A stretch of 64,000 bases of DNA from an uncultured delta proteobacterium (GTDB taxonomy: Bacteria > Desulfobacterota > Binatia > Binatales > Binataceae): NCBI GenBank assembly GCA_963765675.1, contig CAVXXK010000006.1, forward strand, positions 461,656-525,655. Reading direction: 5' to 3'. A model generated the notes under the pieces. The model saw nothing but the letters and a program-made list of their open reading frames with translations, was not told the origin of the DNA and did not search any database. A program made the translations under genes and the position numbers. Positions 49,702 to 56,480 of the stretch are shown here, in pieces. Position 1 is the first letter of the stretch. Each line of letters begins with the position of its first letter.

Positions 49702-49914
49702 ATGACAGACGAAAAGCCGACGACGATCGAAAATGTCGGACAACTGCACGCCGTCCGATGCGAATGGTGCAACCTCAAGATGGCCTGCAACTGCTTCTTC
49801 GACAAAACCGGCGACCCAACCGAACACGCGCATCCGCTGGTGATGTGCCCAAAGTGCCAGGTAACCGAGTTCCTGAATTTGCTCTTCGGCCGCGACCGGC
49901 ACGACCGATCTTGA
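49702..49914 (+). CDS. Small Cys-rich, putative zinc-binding protein (70 aa)
   Basis: CEWC, CNC and CPKC motifs; TG-N-GATAAT box 6 nt before ATG. Confidence 0.6.
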   Translation: MTDEKPTTIENVGQLHAVRCEWCNLKMACNCFFDKTGDPTEHAHPLVMCPKCQVTEFLNLLFGRDRHDRS

Positions 49915-49974
49915 AGGGTCCCGAGCACGTGCGCCGCGCTCCTCGTGTCACATCCTTCCCGTTCTGATAACGCT

Positions 49975-50058
49975 TCGCGTCGGCCGACGAGCCGTCGGCC
50001 ACCACTGGCAAGAATAAGAAAAAGAATCAGTGGGGGCGGACGGCCCGTCCGGCCGCGA
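49975..50058. repeat. Inverted pair of GTGG-type REP-like hairpins; another copy at 51022-51057
   Basis: CGCGTCGGCCGACGAGCCGTCGGCACCACTG ... CAGTGGGGGCGGACGGCCCGTCCGGCCGCG. Confidence 0.62.
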
Positions 50059-50109
50059 TTCCGCATCTCACAAGCTGCTGTGGAGTCGCCGTTCGCGTCG
50101 AGGCATGGT

Positions 50110-50225
50110 TCCCCTTCCCCCAGAGTCGCGCGAAGCGCGTACAGAACAACCCTCTCCCCCTCGGGAGAGGGAGGCGCGCGTAGCGCGCGGGTGAGGGTGC
50201 TGCTCCGAGGGGTCAGGTTAGGTCG
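50110..50225. repeat. Composite REP cluster
   Basis: CCCTCTCCC-CCTC-GGGAGAGGG...GGGTGAGGG lying between CCCCTTCCCC and GAGGGGTCAGGTTAGGTCG. Confidence 0.55.
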
Positions 50226-50230
50226 CTCTT

Positions 50231-50911
50231 CTACTTCCCTTTGTAATCGACAAACAACTCCGGAAACTGCTGCTCCAATGCCGCAATCTTCGGCAGGTCG
50301 CATACCTGGATATACGGATTTCCCGGATTCTTAAGCGCGTAGTCCTGATGATAATCCTCCGCGCGATAGAATCCCTTGAGCGGCGTCACCTGCGTGACGA
50401 TTTTCCGCGGAAACACCTTGGCCGCGTCGAGCTGCGCGATATACGCGTCGGCAATCTTTTTCTGCTCCGCGTCGCTATAAAAGATCGCCGAGCGATACGA
50501 CGTGCCGACATCCGGGCCCTGCCGATTGAGCTGCGTCGGATCGTGCGCGACCGAAAAGAAAATCCGCAGCAATTCGCCGTACGTGATCTTCGACGGATCG
50601 TAAACCACCTCGACCGATTCCGCATGCCCGGTCGTCTCCGTCGTCACCTGCGCGTAGGTTGCCGTCGCCGCCGACCCGCCCGCATATCCTGCCGTCGTAT
50701 CGAGGACTCCCTTGACCCGTTCGTAAACCGCTTGCGTTCCCCAGAAGCATCCGCCCGCAAAGACCGCCGTTTGCTTTCCCGAAGATGCGGCCAGCGCCGC
50801 GTCCAGTTTGGGCGCGGGAATCGGCGACTTGGTTGACGCCAACGCAACCCCGGCGAACACCAGAATCGCAAACCCGAAAATGAGTGATGAAGGAATCAGA
50901 TGAATATGCAT
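50231..50911 (-). CDS. msrA: Peptide-methionine (S)-S-oxide reductase with signal peptide
   Basis: FAGGCFWG, GY.GG, TGHAE.V, HDPTQLNRQGPD.G..YRS, FY.AE.YHQDY. Confidence 0.95.
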   Translation of the reverse strand: MHIHLIPSSLIFGFAILVFAGVALASTKSPIPAPKLDAALAASSGKQTAVFAGGCFWGTQAVYERVKGVLDTTAGYAGGSAATATYAQVTTETTGHAESVEVVYDPSKITYGELLRIFFSVAHDPTQLNRQGPDVGTSYRSAIFYSDAEQKKIADAYIAQLDAAKVFPRKIVTQVTPLKGFYRAEDYHQDYALKNPGNPYIQVCDLPKIAALEQQFPELFVDYKGK

Positions 50912-51216
50912 ATCCAAAGAGCCTCTTCGCATCGTCGTTCAGGCGGACGCGCCTCGATTCATTTTATTACACATCCTTCGGCAACATGGCAGTCCGCGCA
51001 CCGCTGGGCCACGGATGACACTTCGCGTAGCCGACGAGCCGTCGGCAACCACTGGCAGAAAATAATCTATCGGCGCAGCTGGTAGCGGCGCGCGACATCG
51101 TCACCAAGAGCATCACGGTGGACAATACCTGCTGAATCCCTTGCGATGAGAGATCGTCCGGCTTATACAGAGATCGAAAAGAAGGCTCCAAACCGAAATT
51201 CAAGTCTCTCCAGCGT

Positions 51217-52068
51217 ATGCCGCGTCCCGAAGTAAAGAGTTTTCGCCGCCCGGACGAAGTCCGGCGTTTCCCTAATGGCCGGATCGATACCGTCTCCCAT
51301 CACGAAACCACCATTGGGCGGTTCTCATTCGAGCCCGGATGGCGATGGTCGCGCGACGTGGGGCCGATCGCTCACACCCATTCCTGCCAGATCCATCACC
51401 TGGGTATTGTTTTCAAGGGCCGCCTGCGCATCGAGACTGACGCCGGCGAAGTGTTCGAGCTCGGCGTCGACGACGTTTACGATATTCCTCCAGGGCACGA
51501 CGCGACCGTTATCAGCGATGAACCTTTCGAAGCGATCGAGTTCGCCTCCGCCCAGATTTTCGCGATGCCGACCGACGGCGATCGCGTCCTCGCCGCCGTA
51601 CTCTGCACCGATATAGTCGACTCGACTTCGCATCTGCGCCGGCTTGGCGACTCCGCCTGGCGCGAATTGCTCACGACCCACAACCAGCGGACACGTGGCG
51701 AGCTCAACCAGTTTCGCGGACGCGAGATCCACACCACCGGCGACGGCTTCCTGGCCCTCTTCGACGGACCTGCCCGGGCGGTTCGATGCGCGCAGGCAAT
51801 CGGTTCGTCAGTCGGCAACCTCGGCATTGCTGTCCGGGCGGGAATTCACACCGGCGAGGTGGAATTGGTCGGCACCGACGTTCGCGGTCTTGCGGTCCAC
51901 GAGGCCGCGCGCGTCGCGGGTGCCGCGACCGCGGGCGAAGTCCTGGTCTCCGCGACGACCAAGCTCCTGCTTGCTGGTTCGGGCCTGGCGTTCGAATCCG
52001 CAGGTATCCATCAGCTCAAAGGCCTCGGCGACGCCTGCGAGTTATTCAGGCTCATCGGATCGGGGTAA
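51217..52068 (+). CDS. Cupin domain fused to class III adenylate/guanylate cyclase
   Basis: EPGWRWS...C..HH.G....G...IPPGHDA cupin; TDIVDST, TGDG, VRAGIHTGEV, V..AARV cyclase. Confidence 0.88.
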   Translation: MPRPEVKSFRRPDEVRRFPNGRIDTVSHHETTIGRFSFEPGWRWSRDVGPIAHTHSCQIHHLGIVFKGRLRIETDAGEVFELGVDDVYDIPPGHDATVISDEPFEAIEFASAQIFAMPTDGDRVLAAVLCTDIVDSTSHLRRLGDSAWRELLTTHNQRTRGELNQFRGREIHTTGDGFLALFDGPARAVRCAQAIGSSVGNLGIAVRAGIHTGEVELVGTDVRGLAVHEAARVAGAATAGEVLVSATTKLLLAGSGLAFESAGIHQLKGLGDACELFRLIGSG

Positions 52069-52132
52069 GTGTACACCAGCCGTCTGATCCCTCGCCCAGT
52101 AGAGGCTGTCGATAAATGCCGAGTTCTTGTCC

Positions 52133-52240
52133 GTCATCCTGAACGAAGTGAAGGATCTCCGCGAAGCGATTAGTGCGAAGAACCGCCGCTGGTTGCACTA
52201 ATCGCTTCGCGGAGATCCTTCGCCTGCGGCTCAGGATGAC
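52133..52240. repeat. Long inverted repeat, GTCAT-type REP pair
   Basis: GTCATCCTGA...TCAGGATGAC termini; perfect 27-bp inner IR 52150-52176 / 52195-52221. Confidence 0.82.
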
Positions 52241-52384
52241 ACAACTGAGCTGAGCCTCTCCCAGAAAATCGACAGCCTCCGTACGACGAACACTGCTCGC
52301 AAACGTTCGAATGGTCCGGCAAATTCCCGCTGCCACTAGCGACGATCCGCGTCCCAGGCTTGTCATCGATGCCTGGCTTCTGAC

Positions 52385-52422
52385 TCCCCTTCCCGTGCGG
52401 GAAGGGGTCGGGGGTTAGGTCG
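52385..52422. repeat. CCCCTTCCC/GGGAAGGGG REP
   Basis: Hairpin CCCCTTCCC-GTGC-GGGAAGGGG followed by TCGGGGGTTAGG. Confidence 0.62.
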
Positions 52423-52448
52423 ATCCGATTCGACCGCCGCTCTCATGC

Positions 52449-53261
52449 CTAAGGCGTCATGTCCGACCCCAACGTGCAAGTAACGTTGCTGTTCGCATCC
52501 GCAGTGCACGTGCACAGGCACTGATTGAGAACCGGAGGCGGAGGTCCGTCGAGGCTCAGCGCCAGGAACTCGCCCGACCCGCTTGGAGCGCCCACCGGAA
52601 TCGTAGCTCCGTTAGCGGTCGGATTCGGTACGCTGCACGCCGCGCACGCACTCGCGTCGCATCGGCTGCCCGCGGCCGCGTTCGGATTGTACGGCCCGAA
52701 TATTTGATATCCGTCGTTGTCCGAGCTGCCTGCGGTCGCGTCGGTCGAGACTGGGCACGAGCAGATGTCCTCGTTTGGGCGCAGCCGCTGATCGAAGCCC
52801 GGGAACCTCTTCCCCCTGCTGCTGTTGGAGCAGATCGCGCCGTCGCATTGCCCATAAGCGACCGGCGCGCTCACTCCGCTTCCGGCGTTATCGGTTCCGG
52901 GACAGGTATAGACCGCGGCGCTCCCGCCCTTCTCCACATTCTTTGGAAGGCTGAAGGTACTGACCATGTAGCCATTCTTTTTGCCTTCCTGGATCACGTC
53001 GCAGACATTGCGGTCGCCCGCCGGACTCGAGTAGCTGAGCTGCAGGCTGATACTGTCGCCGCGTTTGACGTCGCACTTGCAATAGGCGACGAAGTTATAG
53101 ACGAAACAGCTAGCCTCGGCGCACAACGCGTATCGCTGATTGTTACAGATCACGAACGGCGTAGTGGCATCAGGCGCCGAGCCCGGCGACGCAGCGAACG
53201 CGGAGACAACAAAGAGCTGGACGGCCGCTATGGCGACCGCAGCGTTGAGAAACCTGCGCAT
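52449..53261 (-). CDS. Secreted Cys-rich hypothetical protein
   Basis: Sec signal ending AFA; many cysteines (YALCA.A.C, CKC, C.G..C, CSCP, C...C..C, CLCTC); GGGGG RBS. Confidence 0.78.
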   Translation of the reverse strand: MRRFLNAAVAIAAVQLFVVSAFAASPGSAPDATTPFVICNNQRYALCAEASCFVYNFVAYCKCDVKRGDSISLQLSYSSPAGDRNVCDVIQEGKKNGYMVSTFSLPKNVEKGGSAAVYTCPGTDNAGSGVSAPVAYGQCDGAICSNSSRGKRFPGFDQRLRPNEDICSCPVSTDATAGSSDNDGYQIFGPYNPNAAAGSRCDASACAACSVPNPTANGATIPVGAPSGSGEFLALSLDGPPPPVLNQCLCTCTADANSNVTCTLGSDMTP

Positions 53262-53411
53262 GATATCCCCCCTCTTAGAAACCTGACCGAGACTATTCGT
53301 GCCGAACCGGCGGATTCAATCCTCTGTCGCCGGCTCCGCCTCGAAATCTCCCGCATCGTGCCGCGAGGAACCGTCCCCGCCTCTGTGCCACCTGGGAACC
53401 AGCAGGAAGGC

Positions 53412-53546
53412 AAACACCAAGGCACAAGGCCGCCACTAAGACACCAAGGCACCAAGAAGAAATTGTTTAGAAAAGCGCCGAGGCCTTGTTTTGGACCCTG
53501 CACTTTCTGCTTCTGTCTTTGTGGCCGCCTTGTGCCTTGGTGTTTG
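53412..53546. repeat. 8-bp-unit palindromic element, copy 3
   Basis: AAACACCAAGGCACAAGGC...GCCTTGTGCCTTGGTGTTT terminal inverted repeats. Confidence 0.78.
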
Positions 53547-53666
53547 TTGTTTTAAGTGGTACGGGCTTGAGCTTGTGCCACCTGGGAACCTTGCTGCTCC
53601 GCTCATCGGCTCGGTTTGACATACTCGCGCCGCGCGTGCACTTTCTCGTGAGCGCGGTGCTTTCTG

Positions 53667-54842
53667 ATGAACGAATTGAGCGAAAGCCTCAAACCCTACT
53701 TCGAAAAAGTGCAACAACTCGCACCCGTGATCCGCGAGCACGCCGATCGCGCCGAGCGCGAGGCCCAGATGCCGCCAGAGGTCGCCGACGCTTTCCACGC
53801 GGCCGGAATGTTTCGCGTCTTCCTTCCGCGCGAACTGAGCGGCGGCGCCCTGACGATTCCGGAGATGCTCCGGCTGGTCGAAGAAGTTTCGCGTATCGAC
53901 GCTTCCGCCGGATGGAATCTCGCAATCTGCGCCGGCGGTCCGATCTTCGCCCAGTTCCTTTCGCGCGCGGCCTACGATGAGATCTTCACCGACCCGCGCG
54001 GCGTCACTTGCGGCTCGCTCAATCCGATGACCAGCCAGGTGGTTCCGGTCGAAGGGGGATGGCGCTTCAGCGGGAGGGCCGCCAACGCCAGCGGATCAGC
54101 GCACGCGACCTATCTGATGGCGGCGGCGCTGGTGCTCCGCGATGGCGCCCCGCAAATCGTCGAGGGGCTTCCGCTTCTGCGCGCCGGCTTCTTTCCCATC
54201 AAGCATGCGACGATTCTCAAAACCTGGTCCACCTCCGGGATGCGCGCGACCGGCAGCAACGACTGCGTGTTCGAGAATGTATTCGTTCCCGGCGAATTCA
54301 CCTTCGATTGGCTCAACGCCCGGCCGACCTGGCAACGCGGTCCCTTCGCCGACATTCCATTGCATCAGCAGATGGCGGGACAGCTGGCTGCGGTAGTGCT
54401 CGGCACCGCGCGCCACGCGATCGATGCGCTCGACGAACTCGCGCGGGCCAAGGTTCCGGTCGCGACCCAGGCGACGCTGCGCGAACGTCCGCTCGCGCAA
54501 ATCCAGTTTGCCCAGGCCGAGGGCCTGCTGAACGCGGCCCGCGCCTACTTCTACCAGTGCAACGACGAGGTCTGGCGCAAGGGCGTCGCCGGCGAAAGTT
54601 TCACCGTAAAGGACTTCGCGCACACCCGCCTCGGCGTTGTGACCGCGGTCAAGCTCGCTCTGCAAGCGGTCGATCTGGTAGCCGATGCGGCCGGGATGAG
54701 CTCGGCGCAGACCTCCTGTCCGATCGAGCGATGCATGCGCGACGCGCACACCGCCTCGCAACACGTACTCCTAAACACCGCCCGCTTCGGCGTAGTCGGC
54801 CGAGTACTGTTAGGCCTCCCCGCCGGCTCCCCGGTGATCTGA
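53667..54842 (+). CDS. Acyl-CoA dehydrogenase-fold flavin-dependent hydroxylase (HsaA-like)
   Basis: P.ELSG, D.SAGW, GWRFSG...ASG, W...GMRATGS.D, IERCMRDAH...QH. Confidence 0.88.
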   Translation: MNELSESLKPYFEKVQQLAPVIREHADRAEREAQMPPEVADAFHAAGMFRVFLPRELSGGALTIPEMLRLVEEVSRIDASAGWNLAICAGGPIFAQFLSRAAYDEIFTDPRGVTCGSLNPMTSQVVPVEGGWRFSGRAANASGSAHATYLMAAALVLRDGAPQIVEGLPLLRAGFFPIKHATILKTWSTSGMRATGSNDCVFENVFVPGEFTFDWLNARPTWQRGPFADIPLHQQMAGQLAAVVLGTARHAIDALDELARAKVPVATQATLRERPLAQIQFAQAEGLLNAARAYFYQCNDEVWRKGVAGESFTVKDFAHTRLGVVTAVKLALQAVDLVADAAGMSSAQTSCPIERCMRDAHTASQHVLLNTARFGVVGRVLLGLPAGSPVI

Positions 54843-55004
54843 AGCATCGCCGCTTCGCGACGCGGAATCGGCCGGCTTCCGAGCCGCCCTAACAGGCCTG
54901 AGCATTAGTGGCACAGGCTTCAGCCTGCGGCCCCCGCGCCCGCGTGGCGCCACTTGATACTCGCCCCCGTTTCTCGCGTGACATGCAGCGACCTTCGTCG
55001 CGTG

Positions 55005-55144
55005 CGCCACTTTGGTTGGATAGCGGGTCTCGCCACGGTCGATCTTGCGGCCTCCAGTGCTCTTACGCGCCAACAAATGGATTGGAACCCCACGGGCCCG
55101 ACCTGCTGACGGACCTGCACAACATGGACTACGGCGTGGCCTAG
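55005..55144 (+). pseudogene. C-terminal remnant of an SDR/NAD-dependent epimerase
   Basis: HFGWIAGLATVDLAASSALTRQQMDWNPTGP, frameshift, DLLTDLHNMDYGVA*; matches the HFG...D..ASS..T....W.PTGP.L..DL tail as I recall it. Confidence 0.6.
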
Positions 55145-55162
55145 CGTCAGCCGCCGGCCTCT

Positions 55163-55338
55163 TCTGATCCCTCGCCCTGAAAGGGAGAGGTTAGGTGAGG
55201 GACCGATTTGCGTGCGGCATCGTTTGCCGCGCGCCTTAAATTCTGCTCGGCGGATTTCTTATAATCGCGCGTCGCTAGCGCGCCGCGCTGAAATCGGCCC
55301 CTCACCTAGCCTCTCCCATACTGGGCGAGGGACCAGAC
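55163..55338. mobile_element. REPIN/MITE-like element, copy 2
   Basis: Same REP ends as 49495-49661; inner GCGCGGCGCG..AGCGACGCGCGATT block present in the opposite orientation. Confidence 0.72.
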
Positions 55339-55385
55339 AGGCGGGCGAGGGGGCAGGAGAGGCGGCCCTATAACACATTTCGAGG

Positions 55386-55441
55386 AAAAAAATAAGGCTG
55401 AACTGTTCAGCCTTGTTTTTTTGACAATTTGTGCACAATTG
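55386..55441. promoter_or_regulatory. Two palindromes around TTGACA upstream of ORF 55447
   Basis: AAAAAAATAAGGCTGAAC-T-GTTCAGCCTTGTTTTTTT, then TTGACA, then TTGTGCACAA. Confidence 0.5.
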
Positions 55442-55446
55442 AACAC

Positions 55447-56178
55447 ATGGACGAACAACCGCCATGTGCTGGCGACCCTACCCCTTCGGCGCTGCCCGCG
55501 GCCGAGCGCCGCACCATTTCCGACCGTAAACTCGCGGCTAATCGCGAGAATGCTCAGCTCTCGACCGGTCCGCGCTCCAAGCGCGGCAAGGCGCGCTCTG
55601 CGATGAACGCCGTCAAGCACGGCGTCCTTGCCAGGCGCCGCGCCCTCGCGAGGCCCGGGGTTCTCTCGCGAGGGCTCGTGATTCCCAAGCTCGAAGGCCA
55701 TCGCGCGTCCGTGCAGTTCCGGGCCCTGATGTCCGCGCTGGTCGCCGACCGCAAGCCCGTAGGAGCCCTGGAAATGCTGATGGTGCAGGAGATCGGCGTA
55801 TGCACCTGGCGCCTGCGCCGTTTGCTCAAGTACGAAAATCGTGCGGCGTTTGAGAATTCGCTCCAGTGGTCGGAGCCGCCATCAATCTGGGACGAGCTCC
55901 GCGAAAAGGCGGTCGGAGCGAAACGTGTTGCGTACGAGGACGAAGGCGAGCGAATTCTCGCCGAGACCGGGCTCAACGGTCTTTCGATGCCCGATGCCGA
56001 CGAGGTCGTGATGATCAGCCGCTACGAAAACGGACTGATGCGCCATCTGTTCCGCGCGATCGATCAGCTCGACCGGATGCAGCGTCAGCGCCGCGAGAGG
56101 GCCTCAGAATCAGGTACCGAAAAGACGCCTAAAACGAACCCATCGAGCGAAATTCTTAAGCATTCTCAAGGAGAATAA
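55447..56178 (+). CDS. Hypothetical protein with ANRxNAxxSTGP(R/K)...GK..S..NA.KHG motif
   Basis: SDRKLAANRENAQLSTGPRSKRGKARSAMNAVKHG, P.GALE..MV..I....WRLRR, RYE..L.R.L.RA...L...Q..R. Confidence 0.75.
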   Translation: MDEQPPCAGDPTPSALPAAERRTISDRKLAANRENAQLSTGPRSKRGKARSAMNAVKHGVLARRRALARPGVLSRGLVIPKLEGHRASVQFRALMSALVADRKPVGALEMLMVQEIGVCTWRLRRLLKYENRAAFENSLQWSEPPSIWDELREKAVGAKRVAYEDEGERILAETGLNGLSMPDADEVVMISRYENGLMRHLFRAIDQLDRMQRQRRERASESGTEKTPKTNPSSEILKHSQGE

Positions 56179-56310
56179 TTTTTCGGCGCCACAAAAAGAT
56201 ACCAAACGAACCCACCGAAAACGCGCGAGATCAAAAAATCCAAGGCACCACCTTGCCCTGAGCTTTTCAGGTTGACGGAGCTGATTTAGAAATGCAGCTG
56301 AAAAGATTAA

Positions 56311-56386
56311 TGGAGGCGGCGATCGGATTCGAACCGATGCATGGAGGTTTTGCAGACCTCTCCCTTAACCACTTGGGTACGCCGCC
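56311..56386 (-). tRNA. tRNA-Cys(GCA)
   Basis: Reverse complement GGCGGCGTACCCAAGTGGTTAAGGGA-GAGGT-CTGCAAA-ACCTC-CATGCATCGGTTCGAATCCGATCGCCGCCTCCA. Confidence 0.95.
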
Positions 56387-56480
56387 CGCGCCATGGTTCA
56401 AACTCTCGGGAAGGGAAGAGTTATCATGCCATCCCAAGCCTATCAATTGGAGTGCGGCGAAACGGCCCGAAGCGCGCTTC

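Noticed and set aside
49585-50334. ORFs spanning REP clusters (also 53228-53503 and 55259-55465)
   Set aside because: They translate repeat DNA (GEG, LVPWCL patterns) and lack coding signals
50967-51203. 78-aa minus-strand ORF or possible gene remnant
   Set aside because: No recognisable motif or RBS, and it overlaps a repeat
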